This document shows, in pieces, positions 13,481 to 26,493 of a stretch of DNA of 64,000 bases. The stretch is from contig OZ287695.1 in NCBI GenBank assembly GCA_965649825.1, positions 1,539,288-1,603,287 on the forward strand, given 5' to 3'. The DNA is from Penicillus capitatus. Taxonomy: Eukaryota > Plantae > Chlorophyta. The position numbers and the translations under genes are program-made. The number at the start of each line of letters is the position of its first letter. Within the stretch, counting starts at the first letter, position 1. A model generated the notes under the pieces. The model made no database searches. It was not told where the DNA came from and saw only the letters and a program-made list of their open reading frames with translations.

Positions 13481-14460
13481 CGTCACGCGCGTGCGCCTAT
13501 CGTGAATGCGTCGTTTCGAGGTCGATCCGAGGGAATGGTGATGTGACGTGCTTCACAATGGAAAAAACTTTACAGTAAACCATCTGCACTGTTGTGCTGT
13601 TCACAACTTCACAATTGACAGATTCTTTAGTAAGGGATGAAGGGCTGGAATATTCGCTGCTAGATCATACCCTTTTTTAATAACGTGCCAGAGAGATCTC
13701 TGGCGGCCAACGGATCCGACGACAATACGGAGGAGATGGAAATACATATAGAAAACAAATCCGACATCGACAACAAACGAACCAACAGAAGCATAAATCT
13801 ACAAACAAACAGAAAAACTGAGGTCCACAGAATCAATGCTTAGATGAACCAAACAGTCAGGAACTAGCTAAGCCATCAATGGACGATTCAACCTGCCCCG
13901 ACGGTGATAAGGTCCCCCCAAAAGAGCGTCCGCAGTAAAGGAAAAATACGGAACTTCTTCTAGAAGAAAGCGGGTCACCACAGCTGTCTGAACTCGGTAA
14001 TATCTTGCAGTCAGTTTGTCATACGGGTGTGAGGTATAATGACGTACTTCATCATCAATGTCCAACAAACCAACCGCACATGTTTCACACTCAGTCAATG
14101 AAACCCTTGATCATTAAGAACACTATATGTACGGATACTGATGCTGTCGAAGGAGCTAAATAACGTCTCATTCTCTTTATGAATTCTTTGTCGACTGTTG
14201 TATGTGTGGCTTTATGCAAAATCATAGACAGAGGGCACTCATATTAGGTGACGGAATGAGCGCGCAGCATGCAGCGTTTTTTCACACTGCGCAGATTCTA
14301 GTAATTGCGTAGGGGATGAGTAGTTGCATGACAGAAGGATGATGCAATATTCAGATGTCTAACGAAATGGAAGGGTTTTTTGCTTTGGAACAAAAATAAT
14401 TGCTGTGGATGCTCTTCATTGATCCATCCATGTGCCTTACTGTGGTCGCAAAAAGAGTTC

Positions 14461-17400
14461 TCACCAGATACCGGCCTTGTCACATGAGATCACTGCAGAA
14501 GAAACAAAGACAGGGCTGTCACTCTGTTGCCCCTGTGATGGGTCCAGATCGGAAACAACTTGATTCGAAGTGCATCCGCTGGCAATCAAGGGCTCTTGAG
14601 GAAGAGACATCTGCACGCCTGCCTCGTCAGAGAAAAATCCTGGATTCCCTATAAAAGGTTGAGATGACAAAGCAGCGTCTTGGGGGCGAGGCTGTGTCCA
14701 CAGATGACTCTGGGACAGGCTTGATGATGAGTGAATGGAAGCCATTTGAGGATGAAAAAAGGGACTCGTGTAACCCTTTGCATCATAGCCGCCAAAAGAA
14801 TGCGACGAACTCAATGTTGCAGAGTAACTGGACGGCAATCCGCGATCATCAAATCCACCCTCCTGCACACCAACACCACGTAAACAACAGATACAACGAT
14901 GGCTCATCGAGGGATGACATGAACAGCCGGAGGATTCCATGTCTTGTCAAGTGGCGTCGCACGCATGTAGGGCGACGTGCGTTGCGCTTTTCCAAACGTC
15001 GCGGCTGAGAGAGTGCGAGTGAGATGACCTATGGAAGACGCTTCCATTGCTGCACAGATCATAACCGAGCTCAGAAGGGGGATACATATCCGATCGTTGC
15101 GCGTACCTTGTCCAGAAGCATTCATATCCTTAGACATTCCATCCGGCCACTTAATTTCTCCTTCAGAAGTCGGAAGCTTCTGACGTCTACAGCATAGACA
15201 GATGCCGTTATTCAGAATTTCACTCTTTGCCGTTGAGTGACATGCCTTTCTGTCTGGTAGGGATCGTAATAGGCATTCTCTGTTCCCCGCACCGAACGGT
15301 TCAGAGAAGGATATTCTTCAGGACTGAGTGATTGCGGTCTCTGCGTTTCATTACTCGACGAACGATATCCGCCGGGAACTTCTATATTGGCTCTGTCTTG
15401 AGAGAACATCATATTATTCGTCACATATGCTCCTGGATCGAGACAGAAAGCATGTCGTTGGATGCTCTCTGCGCCAATGGAGTGGGTATACCTGGGGCAC
15501 TTTCGGCAGATTGTAGAGGTGGAATGTTATTGAAGTTATCCTGCACTCTTGCCCACCCTGCTGGTCCAGCCCCTTCTCTTTGAAAGCGGACAACCAGTGG
15601 CTTCGTCCCAGTAACTGCTGTCAGTGTTTTTCCATCCAATGCCTCTTTGGCTCTGAATGCGTGTTCCCCAGAATAGAAATTGACGAATGCATACGTCTTT
15701 CCAGGAAATACGCGTACACTCTCGACTGGACCATATCTGGAAAAGAGACTGAACAGCACTGTCTTACTGGGACGCACACAAACGTTGCCCAGCCAGAGAT
15801 GTCGACATGAAGATCCAATCACGGCATTCGGATCTGCTGTGTCGAATGCATCTTCGCGTTCTCCCAGGAGATGGCGCTCCTGTGGATGTTCACCTTCCAT
15901 ATAGGCTTGATTTTGAGGGAGACTGTCGCCTCCAGATTGCTGAGAACTGGACATGTCAGGGGAACGGAGAACGGGGACGCTGATGGAAGGTGCAATGGCG
16001 CCACTGTTGCACTCTTCTATATTCGCCACACCTGGCATCAGGTCCCCTACTCGGCCTAGAGCTTTTCGATTTGGTCTGAACTTGATCACCAGTTTTCGAT
16101 TTCCTGTCAATACTGGAAGAGTCATGTTGTCCAGCTCTTTGGCAGCTCTCTGAGCATCCTCAGGCTGAATGAAATTCACAAAAGCATACATTCGACCAGG
16201 AAAGGTCACGACATCTTCAATGGGACCATACTCTTCAAAAACGGATTTCAGCACAGAACGAGGCAAACGCGTGTTCAGGTTGCCCAGCCAGAGATGTTTG
16301 CTGGGGATATCATTCTCTTCAGTATGCCAGAAACGACTGGGATGGACAGAGGGACGTCCATCTCCGCCACTAATCTCCGACTGCGGAATCAAACGTGGAT
16401 CCACCGTCATCGCACTGGGCACAGCATTGCCCCATGGACCTGAATTACTATGGACAAAGTTGCCGGGTGTTGGGTGTTGCTGCTGCTGCTGCATATAGGG
16501 AGACATCGTCATGGGATTGCCACCATAGAATGGAGACATCGACGAGCCCATAGGCAAGAAACCAGCACTTTCACCCACATTTTCGTAGGGAGAGTGAGAA
16601 TTATGAAGAGGAGGGGGAGGAACTCCTCCATTTTGAAAGTCGCGAGATTTCTGCATTTCCGTTGGCGCTCTATCCGATTGAGGTCCGTTTCCAATCAGTC
16701 CTGTTATCTCACTTGAAAGCCATGAAAGAATCTGAGTATCGTCAGCCACATCATCATCTGGTAAGCCACTATTGACTGGAGGAGGATGTGAGAGATTTCC
16801 TGGAGCATTAGAAGCTAGTGCATCTTGTGATGATTGTTGCACTCCTGCATAGTCTGGCTGCGGTTGTTGACGTGTTGGATTGTTAAGGGGTGGCCAAATC
16901 TGCTGCTGAATGAAACTACTCTGCTTCTCTGCATCCATTGTCATGTGGTTGTTCTGTCCCGAAGAGGACGAGAGCATGTTCCACTTGTTATCGAGCCCTC
17001 CCTGAACGGCATCGGCAGGATCGGCAGCAAACAGAGAATGCCACGTTCCGGCCATCCGATCATCTCCAGCAGGCAATCCTCTGGAACCCAGTGGAGGTGG
17101 TCTTGTTTGAAATGCAGAAAGCCTAGTGGTGCCAATGCTGTGATCATCGTATGGACCAGCTGGAGCGGCAGCAGGATCAGGAGAACCGTTGTTTGTTCCA
17201 GATCCCACAGAAATGGACGATCCCAAAATCTGTTGCTGTCTCTGCATCATATCCGATTGGGCAGACAACCCCATGACGTCTGAATCTTTCCCATGGATGC
17301 GTGTGGGGGCCTTCTTCTGTGGTCCCGCCTCACAAGCAGGCAGGACAGCAGTACAACGATGCATGTCATTGATACTTGTCTTGGCTTTCTTCTCACTGCA

Positions 17401-20056
17401 GTAATGCGCTTTATCACAAAGTGACTTTCTTGAAAGGGCAGCCTCCATATCCTCCAGTTGCCTGCGTCTTTCAGCTAGAGTACGTTCGTACTCTTCTTCA
17501 GCTTTCACTCTCTCGGTATCTTCCATTTGAGATCGAAAAGGGTCACTCCTCTCATCATTGTGGGCCAATTCGGAGGCCTCAAGTCCAACTGGCGAACCTA
17601 TCTTTTTCTTGCGTTGCTTCTTTAATGCGGCGGCAGCAGCAGCAGCGGATCTGGCACTCATATCCTGCACATTGGTATTCTCTTTGGACATAGAGTCTTG
17701 CGATTGTGCTGCGCATTCAGTGGCTTTTTCAAGGAGAACGGCACAGATGGCATCGGAACTGGCACGTGCCAAATTCAAAGCGGTTGCACCATGAGGGGTG
17801 CGCTGCAGATAGTCAATGTCATCGCCACATATCTCCATGTAAACTCGCAGGCATTCTTTCAATCCAGACTGTGCCAACCTATTAAACAGTCATTCTGCTA
17901 TTCTGTTGCTGATGAGTGTGTACTTGTGCAGTAGGGTCAGCCCCTTAGCATCGATGAAGTTAACACTGTCTCTTCCACAAAGACTCAAGAGCTTTGATGC
18001 AGCTGCAATGGCAGCGAGGACATCATGAATCTAGCAAGCAGAAATGAGAACACATGGAGTGAAGTGTGAGAGGGCTACTGTGCAAGATTCATGGATAAAA
18101 CAACAATGACATGCACATCTACAGCATCTAACTTCGATGGATTTTGCTCTGGAATCGCTATTGTCAAAGAAAAACTCCTCACCGCCATCAACTATATATC
18201 TTATGATGTCGCCTACAGCTTCGTGTACATGTCGTATATATTCACTAATCTGACTGGATTTTGGTATAACTCCAGGGCTATTGACACGAAAGAGCAGAAT
18301 AATCCCGAAGACCTGCACAAGGCACACACACATCCATAACAGCATCCCATGGCAGAGATAGCAATTTCACCTGAATGCAGAATGTGTCTCTTTCTGAAGC
18401 TCCTTGACACATATGAGCTGTACGCATTGTACGAAGAAGGGTATCCGATGAGACGATGCTATCATTATTCTCCATGAAAGACGTATGTGGATTTCTTGCC
18501 AGAGTCGACAGCGTTCGGACGGAAGCGGCCTTAATGCGCACATCTTCTGCTTCGACGAACAGATCGTAGACCAAGACCATCGCCTTCTTGAAGTTTTCCA
18601 ATGTCTCAACGGCTGGTGGTGGAAGTCCATCTTCTCCACCCACCACAGCAATAAAGTCCAGACAGTGTTTCACAAGAGCATCATTCTTCAGCTGACAGCT
18701 TTGCATCATGTCCATGATCATACTGAGCGCCTGTCCTTGCATGATTGACCAAACTTGGCCGGCTGTGACGGACCAAAGGGCCTCTTTGGAAAGGCGGTGG
18801 CAAGGATGAAGCACATTGCCAGCGATACGACCTAGAGACCACACAGCAGCTCTTGCCACTTCAATGAACCTGCACAGACAACAGGTCGTCAGCACAAGGG
18901 AGGGAGACATGACCTATGCTCGCACTTTTCTTGCATCTGCAGACGAGCAACGCTTGTCACTTCACCGACACAATCCAGAAGCTCCTGTTCGGAGATGGCC
19001 GTGGATGTTGCCAGCTCAGCTAATAGCATGCATCCATGTTCCTGCACCGTCAGCTCATTCAAGTTGTCTCGGATGCCTATCACCATGACATACACACGTC
19101 TGTTATGCCCTGTCACCTCATCCATCGATGTCTGACTTGCACGGATGATATGAAGACCCTTCACTGCTGCCAGTCGTGCCGTGTTCTCTTCATTCATGAG
19201 ACAGATGTAGTGTAATGTCTGCACGGCATCTGCAATGGCAAGTCGCGCGAGTTTGTGCGCATTCGTCTCAAATTGCATCTTGGTTGTGAGTTGCTGAAGA
19301 TTCTCTAAAGCACGTACAAGTGCCAATACGGCATTCGATTTTCCGATGAGGTCTTGAGTTTCTTTGTTGTAGAAACTGCGACACGTCATACAACCACTCA
19401 TGCTCAGCAATGCACGCAGACAGGATGATTGGACAGATAAGTCCATCGGATATTTCTCCATCGCTCGAATCACTTGCTTCGGGGCATCTTCGTGAAAAAC
19501 GATCTAGACGCAGTGACATCCATCCATCGGTGTAGAGCATTCAGTAATGGCGGTCACGTCATCTCACCTCCCATTCGCCTTCAATACAGGACTTGCAGTT
19601 TTGAGCTAGCACTTCTATTAGCTGACAAGCCCGTGCGCCAACCTAAAGAAGCCATCACACGCGCATCGGACCGACTTCGGTAAGCGTCGAGGCGGCGGCG
19701 TTGCGACGACTGTTCGGGGCACATATTTGTTTCGCGTTCGCTTTGCTTACCTCCGAAACTGTGGCGTCGCCTAACGCTTTGACGGCGTAAATCCACAACC
19801 GACGCACGACATCGGGCTTCCAAAGCCTTCGGTCTTCTTGCGAGTATTGCCTCCTAACGAGCTGTAGGATATTGCAAATCGCCGTCGTGTCGCCCGTCTT
19901 TGAGGCTTCTTCCAAAGAGTTTAACGTGTTTTCGCTCGACTCTAAACGCGTCGGCGCATCTGCTCGAGCGCACGGGGCTCCCAAGAGCGAAGAGGTCGAC
20001 GACGGTTTCGCAGCTGCCGCGGGAACGGCGTCTTCCAATCGAGGCGTTGCGTCCAT
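14461..20056 (-). CDS. Large multi-exon protein: ARM-like repeats, ankyrin repeat, low-complexity region and two RRMs
   Basis: Most junctions were traced with frame-preserving GT-AG introns from MDATPRLE (20056), through ARM-like ORFs 18889..19473 and 18278..18910 and an ankyrin motif (KGLTLLHK|LAQSG...GATALNLA), to ORF 15421..17877 with two RRMs (SKHLWLGNL...YAFVNF; HLWLGNV...YAFVNF). The 3' end is uncertain. Confidence 0.7.
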
Positions 20057-20236
20057 GTTTCCTTTGACGTTACGTCGAAAACAAAAACGCCAAAGCACGA
20101 AAAGAATATGGGAGTACGTGGGAGCGACGGTGACGCGTCGTCGTTCGGCTTTAAATTGGCTCGATTTCTCAGATAGCGCACCAAAATCACTGTCAGGAAT
20201 CACGTCACATCTTATTCGCAGAATACAAGCCACGCA

Positions 20237-22346
20237 ATGAACGATGCTGTGCGACTGATTGCAGAACAGCAGGTCGGTGAGCAAATGAGGAGAGGACAAC
20301 GCGGCGAGACACCGACGGTCGCCGGAAAACGTCTCCGCCTCACAGATACCGCACGAGGTGTTGCGATCCATACGCCACCGATCGACAACGAAACGCGGGA
20401 CACACTCCAGACGCTGCTCTCGAAACAGAAGGAGATAACAAAGACGACTGGGGATCCGCGTCGTGTATTTTTGGCCTCTCCGAAAGAGACCTGTCAAATA
20501 TTTGCGGAAACGCTCGAGACGTTTGTCGAATCGCGACCCGAATGGAGCAACAGAGGGCAATGCATCTATGATGCCGAAACTTGGCGATTGCTCCTGGCAT
20601 TGCTCGACCGTATGCCACTTTGTGTCTTTCTTTCTTACTGAATCGGTGCTGTTAGCTGAGCGGACGTCTTTGCTGGTGGGAGTCGTCAAATGGGTGCAGC
20701 ACATAACAAAGCGGACGATATATGAAGTGTTGGATGAGAACAGAGGAACGGCACCGAGAACGAAATATCTGACGATTATGGGGTGGTTAGTGGCGGCGAA
20801 TCTGAACGTCGATGCCATCCGATTGGCAACGGCAGAAGGCGAAGTAGATCTGGCTCAGATTTTGATATGTAGACCCTCATCGGAAGCGATGCGACAACTG
20901 ATGAAGAGCTATGTCGATGGCAACAGACAGAACAAAGACATGCATCCACTGATGAGGCTGATCATGGATTTTCTCGCCGGAAAGAATGATCTTCTTCTGG
21001 AAACACTGCAAGTGGATTGGCGAGTGCGATTAGGTGCCTTGATCATGTAGGAGTGTTCGAAGCGTGGTCTGTCATCTCCTGTGCATTCTGGTTGTGTATA
21101 GGAAACAGGACAGAAAAGAGTTCTCGCTCAAAATCGCGTTGGAGCAATTGCAAAGAGAAGGATCCTGTCCTGTGGCGGATGATCTTCAGTACTTCATTCT
21201 AAAGATGTTTGCCGAGTGGGATGGCGGAGAAGAACCTCCACTCGACATCAGCAAACGAGTGATAACGATGCCAGTACTTTATTATCTCACTCTTTTGCTG
21301 ACAGGTGTTGCAGACAGATACATCTTCCATCAGAGCAAAGGACGGTCTTTTTAGATGGCAGATGTATCTTGTGCTCACTGCTGCCGGGATCATCAAAAAT
21401 TCCGATGCCTTTGCCGAAGTGGTGATGCAGACAGATGGCCAGACGTCGACGCACACTGAGGCCTTTGGCTGTAGGAATGCCAATTGTATCGTACAATGTA
21501 TGATCTCTGTGAAGATCTGGGATTGTACCAGTGGACGGCCTTCATCTGTCTTCACCATCATCAATCTGACCCCCTCTCCGTCATCAGAGCGCGTATCGAA
21601 GACATACTGGGCAGGCACACACCAAGATGGACAGACAGCTTCCAGATGGAGTCTTTCTTTCTGAACGATCTCCAGATTCCTACCGCGTGGCTGCTGCAAC
21701 TGAAAGTGATGGCATTCTGTCTACTGGAATCGCCGTGTTTGCTGGACATAGTTGAATGGGATCTTAGGCTTACTGGTTCAAGCATCAGCACATGGCAGAA
21801 AAGGCGTTCGATTGTTTGATCTCTATTGAAGCTTATGACGAAGCGCATGCGATTCTTATCCAGAAAATGTTTCCGGTAGTGGTCCGATCCACATCATCGT
21901 CAGATTTGGAGAGAGCGCTGGAGGTCATCCGAGAGAAAGGCCTCTTTCAGCATCAGCATCAAATCGCTCAGTGGTCTTTAGGCGGTGGCATGCTTCAGAG
22001 CATCCACACGTTGTGACATTCCGTTGCACACAGGATTGAATTTGAACGCGTGTGGTTTAGTTGGCTGGAGAAGGATCTGTCGGCGGTGCCATCTTTTAAC
22101 CCTGTACTGGATGAGAAACGTCTGATTGACCTCAAGATCCGTGAGGCCAAGCAGTACTGGACACGCCATGCAGATTCGGATCGGGAGAGGAACAAGATTG
22201 AGCGCATGTATGAGCTCCTGTCCTACTACATCGAGAAAAAGTACTCCAAGGCTTATGCATCTGTACATGGAGAGGACTATATCATGACACGCATTTTCTA
22301 TGACAAATGCAAAAAACACGAGTCCCTATTGAACTTCCTGCAATGA
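20237..22346 (+). CDS. NUP96: Nucleoporin Nup96-like
   Basis: DAIRLATAEGEVDLAQIL, DWRVRLGALI, CEDLGLYQWTAFICLH...IEDILGRH...FFLNDLQIPTAWL match the Nup96 helical domain pattern recalled from memory; six introns. Confidence 0.7.
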
Positions 22347-22893
22347 AGTGGACAGTATTGAAGGCGTGTGTACTATCGCTCCTTCTCCCTGTGTGTGAAA
22401 GGTCCCATCACACGACCACAGTCTGTACCGATTTATCCGATTTTCCTGAGTCACTTCATTCTCAACCTTTGCGAGTGCATTGCTTACTGCCCGTTCGCAT
22501 GTACATTCGTTGCGTACATTCAAGCGACATTGTCATTTCGATTCAACCACAGAGACACAATTATCGTGCAGAACAATCGTCAAAGTAGTTTTGAATATCT
22601 GGAATCCTCTCAATTGGATAGGCATTGAAAAGTGGTCGACGTTGTCTAAGGAAAAAAAAACAATTTGATGAACATTTGGAAATTGAAACAAGCGAATTCG
22701 AATAACACCCGTGCACACACAAGGTCTGATATTGCGACCATACCAACCCGCCTTGAATCCATTGCCAGAATTCAAGCTACCCCGACCCCCAAGCCATTAT
22801 TCTCAATAATCATCTCATAAGCAATCCATTTGAAAGCGTTGACGTTTGTTTAATTGAATGAAGAATCGGTAGAAAAATCGGTCATCTGTTTCT

Positions 22894-24045
22894 CTACACT
22901 CCTGCAGGAGATGTCATTCGTCCAGTATCGCTAAATAAGCCGAGGTTCTTCTTCTGTTGGGCGGCAAATTCCCAAATCATCTCAGGACGGTTGAATCCAT
23001 TTACAATAAGTTTATCTGCGTGCGCCTCAATCATCCCATGACCATCTGTGCCAGGTGCTGTCTCCAGGATTGCTGGGAGGACCATGTGCGGAATTCCACG
23101 ATCGTCCCTCTTGAAACCAAAGTGGTGGACATGTCCACAGAATACACCTTTTACTCGATTTCCATGCGCGTGAATGGTATCCAGCACAGCATCGTAGTTC
23201 CAGAGTAGCATTCCTGGTCGACAGATGCCTGGCAGAAGAGGCATGTGACAAAACACTAACACATTCTGTTCGGCCGCCTTGGCATCTTCCAGTTCTTTAT
23301 CAAACCACTCCAGCTGTTTATCGCCCACAGCTCCATTGTAGAAGACAAATCTCTGATTCAGTCCTTCCAGATTGCCAGTAAAATCATCTTCTTTGACGGC
23401 GTCTTTCTTCTTTGCCTTCAGGAGCTTTCGGAAAACGGTACTGTCCGGGATCAGTTTAATATCAGAACGAGCAGTTAAGATGTCATGAGCGCGTCTATAG
23501 TTTGGATGAGATTCGTCCCATGCATAGGTCGACACGTCACAGCCATCCAACACAATCAGCTTCCATCCATCGGCAGGCACAAAAGCATAGTAACCATGTT
23601 CTTCTTCCGTATGCGTTTTCGCCCGCGTTCCGTTCACCATTCCAAGCGTATTCAACAGATGCTCACGATCGACGGGGTGACAGACGCAGTGGTTGCCCAG
23701 TACGTGTCGCACGTCTACATGAGCCGGGAGCTTTGCGAAGATGTCCAATACGGCTTGGAGTGCCTGTTCGCTGGTGTCAGTGACCACGTTATAGGCATCG
23801 ATGATGTCGCCAAGGTTTACGACGCAATTCGCGTTCTGCACTGTCCATGAGCTCACCGCCTGTTCGACGCACGTCAGCGCGTTACGATAGTAACGCTTGG
23901 AGCCCGAGCACCCCGCGGCGTCATCCATGTTGGCATACTGTATGTCACTCAGGATCCCGACTTTCAGCTGAGCTGGTCGGGGAGCAGCGACACCTGCACG
24001 CCCGGAGTGCATACAGTTGACGGTGAACACATTTCGCGCAGCCAT
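22894..24045 (-). CDS. ADPRM: Mn-dependent ADP-ribose/CDP-alcohol diphosphatase (calcineurin-like phosphoesterase), intronless
   Basis: SDIQY, RYYRNAL, NLGDIID, LGNHC, YNGAVG, FCHMP, LLWNY, FCGHVH. Confidence 0.85.
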   Translation of the reverse strand: MAARNVFTVNCMHSGRAGVAAPRPAQLKVGILSDIQYANMDDAAGCSGSKRYYRNALTCVEQAVSSWTVQNANCVVNLGDIIDAYNVVTDTSEQALQAVLDIFAKLPAHVDVRHVLGNHCVCHPVDREHLLNTLGMVNGTRAKTHTEEEHGYYAFVPADGWKLIVLDGCDVSTYAWDESHPNYRRAHDILTARSDIKLIPDSTVFRKLLKAKKKDAVKEDDFTGNLEGLNQRFVFYNGAVGDKQLEWFDKELEDAKAAEQNVLVFCHMPLLPGICRPGMLLWNYDAVLDTIHAHGNRVKGVFCGHVHHFGFKRDDRGIPHMVLPAILETAPGTDGHGMIEAHADKLIVNGFNRPEMIWEFAAQQKKNLGLFSDTGRMTSPAGV

Positions 24046-24518
24046 TTGCGTGTTTCTTCCTTGATCCGGCGTTAAAGCGACACGAGTCGACCTACACACG
24101 TCACAAAAATGGCTTGGTCGAGGATCGGTCTTCAAATTTGGAGTAGCGCTCGCTTATGATCCACACATGACAACCACACGTACACGTGAAGCGGGGACAC
24201 CGTTCAACGAACGCAACCGCGTCGTACATGCGGCAACCGTGAACCGAGAGAAAGAGACATGAAACGTCCGGCACCCACCTGTTGCGCAGTGAGGGAGCAG
24301 AAGTGTTGGTGCGGGAAGACTGAGACGAACAAGTGACGACTGTTACCAAAGAATTAATGATACCTAGAAAGATCACCAAGTCGAAGTTGGACGCGACGCT
24401 GAGTGGTGAAGAGACATCGAATTTCCTTGCATGTGATGGGACTGCTGGCTTTAGATGTCACATCATGTGAGCGCATCAACTTCTCTCCCCCTGCTCCCAC
24501 AGGCGAAGAATCTGCTGG

Positions 24519-25829
24519 ATGATGCGCGTCTGTTTTTGGATCTTCTCTCTCCTAATCGTCGCGGCAGCCGCGAAGACGCCTGCGAAGAAACGCATTTTGG
24601 TCATCCTCGAAAATGAGGAGCTCAAAACGACGCATGCGTTGTTTTTTGATGACTTGAAGGCGAAAGGATTCACCGTGACATTTCGATTTGAAAAAGACAA
24701 AGGAGTTGCGTTAGAGAAATGGGGAGAGTATCAATACGATAATCTCATTCTGTTTACACCAACAGCTCGACACTTTGGCAGGCGGTTGAGCATCAAAGAA
24801 GTGATCGATTTCGTCGACTCTGGACGAAATCTGATGCTCATTGGCTCACCGGAATTATCCAAACGCGTTTTTGATGTCGGAGCTGAATGCGGAATCGATT
24901 TCGAGACGTCGGGATCGAACGTACTCGATCATTTTCATCATGCCAAGCTGGAGGGTAAAGACTTCGATCCCCATCTCATCACGGTAGAGCCAGAGAATCG
25001 CATTCGCGAGCTCTTTGATAAACGCAAATCGGGAAGGGCGCAGCATCCTCTCCTCTATCGTGGCATTGGACACAGTGTGGCGGCCGATCAAGAATATGTG
25101 ACGGTGGCGGTGGCAGGCAATCCGACTTCCTATTCGTGGGATCCGGATCAACCGACGCCTGAAGTCGAGAAGATGCTCGCGGGACGTGACCTCTCACTGA
25201 TCAGTATGATGCAGACACGTCACAATGCACGTGTGACGGTTGTGGGTTCTCTGGATTTTTTCAGCAACGAGCTCTTTACGACGCCCTTTACGTCATCCAA
25301 GCATCCATCCAGTACAGAACGGATGGTTTCTGGAAACCGGGAATTTGCACAGGACCTCGCTCTTTGGACGTTTCAGTCCATCGGTGTCTTACGCACACGT
25401 ACCCCTCGGCATTATAACCGCATGACGGGTGTGAAGCCTCCCATGTACACCACCAAAGATCCCATTCATTTCGAAGTCGACATCATGGAGTACGTGGAGG
25501 ATCACTGGCAGCCTTACCATGCGAAAGACGTGCAATTAGAGTACTATATGATGTCGCCATACATCCGGCTGCCATTGGAGGACCAAGGCAATGGGACATT
25601 CGCATTGGATCTCGTCGCCCCTGATGTCCATGGGGTGTTCAAGTTTCTGGTAACTTACCATCGACCCGGTTACTCGAACGTCGACATCACCGAAATGGCA
25701 CCCATTCGTCCATTTCGCCATGACGAGTATGAACGCTTCATCTTGACGGCCTATCCCTACTATGCCAGTGTCTTTTCGATGATGGTCGGATTTTGGGTCT
25801 TTGGGATGATGTATCTCTATCACAAGTAG
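24519..25829 (+). CDS. OST48: Oligosaccharyltransferase 48-kDa subunit (WBP1/DDOST), intronless
   Basis: Signal peptide, THALFFDDLKAKGF, ARVTVVGSLDFFSNE, DVQLEYYMMSPY, PDVHGVFKF, IRPFRHDEYERF...AYPYYASVFSMM, C-terminal TM plus YHK. Confidence 0.95.
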   Translation: MMRVCFWIFSLLIVAAAAKTPAKKRILVILENEELKTTHALFFDDLKAKGFTVTFRFEKDKGVALEKWGEYQYDNLILFTPTARHFGRRLSIKEVIDFVDSGRNLMLIGSPELSKRVFDVGAECGIDFETSGSNVLDHFHHAKLEGKDFDPHLITVEPENRIRELFDKRKSGRAQHPLLYRGIGHSVAADQEYVTVAVAGNPTSYSWDPDQPTPEVEKMLAGRDLSLISMMQTRHNARVTVVGSLDFFSNELFTTPFTSSKHPSSTERMVSGNREFAQDLALWTFQSIGVLRTRTPRHYNRMTGVKPPMYTTKDPIHFEVDIMEYVEDHWQPYHAKDVQLEYYMMSPYIRLPLEDQGNGTFALDLVAPDVHGVFKFLVTYHRPGYSNVDITEMAPIRPFRHDEYERFILTAYPYYASVFSMMVGFWVFGMMYLYHK

Positions 25830-25887
25830 CGAGAGACAATTAGTAAAAATCCATCGAGTCCCACCCACCCACTGTCAGAAAAGAGAT

Positions 25888-26335
25888 CTATTTCGTCGCA
25901 TCTTTTAGATAGGCAATGAGATCTGCTCGGTCTTGTGGCTTCTTCAGACCAGCAAACACCATCTTCGTCCCTACATCATCACATGCCCCGCCATGAGCGT
26001 CGTCGAGCAGAAGGCAGAGATGGATCGATGCCTGGAATGTATTTCTTGGGATTCAGAAGATAGTCATAGAGCGTGTCCTCTGCCCAGTTGACTTTTTTCT
26101 CTTTGTTTGCTTTGGAGTAGGAGAAGCCAGGAATGGTACCAGATGTGCGTCCAAAGAGACCTCCCAGATTTGGCCCCTAGGCGCGATCAAATGCAGGACG
26201 CTGTATCGAAGACCGCATCGTTACCTGCTTATGTCCGCCTCCCTTTTCAGCGACGTGACACTGAGCGCATTTTGTTTTAAAGATCTTAGCTCCTTTGGCG
26301 GCGTCTCCCGGTGGCGCTTCCGCAAAAGAAGCCAT
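25888..26335 (-). CDS. CYC1: Mitochondrial cytochrome c
   Basis: [37 protein letters not shown]|GPNL...NPKKYIPG|[10 protein letters not shown]; CxxCH present; two introns, the second GC-AG. Confidence 0.97.
25971..26031 (-). other. GC-AG intron (61 nt) in cytochrome c
   Basis: The invariant KYIPGTKM is restored only by CCAG|GCATCG...TGTAG|GGACG; sliding the junction gives no GT-AG alternative. Confidence 0.9.
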
Positions 26336-26493
26336 GAAAGACGAACGTCACAAATAAGAAATTCTGAGGCGAAAGGAAGACACGTCGATCGACGAGCGCG
26401 ACAATAAGAGACGATGACGGTCAGTCAACAATGATGCAAGGCAGTCGCAGCAGAGACACAATCATTAAAGCGATTCCATCCATGAATGACACA

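Noticed and set aside
13687-13704. 18-bp palindrome GCCAGAGA-GA-TCTCTGGC
   Set aside because: Single isolated copy with no associated element; compatible with chance.
13868-14098. 76-aa minus-strand ORF between the RRM gene and NAXD
   Set aside because: TTG start, no recognisable motif; probably 3' UTR.
22347-22893. Short ORFs between NUP96 and ADPRM
   Set aside because: No protein-like signature; consistent with convergent 3' UTRs.
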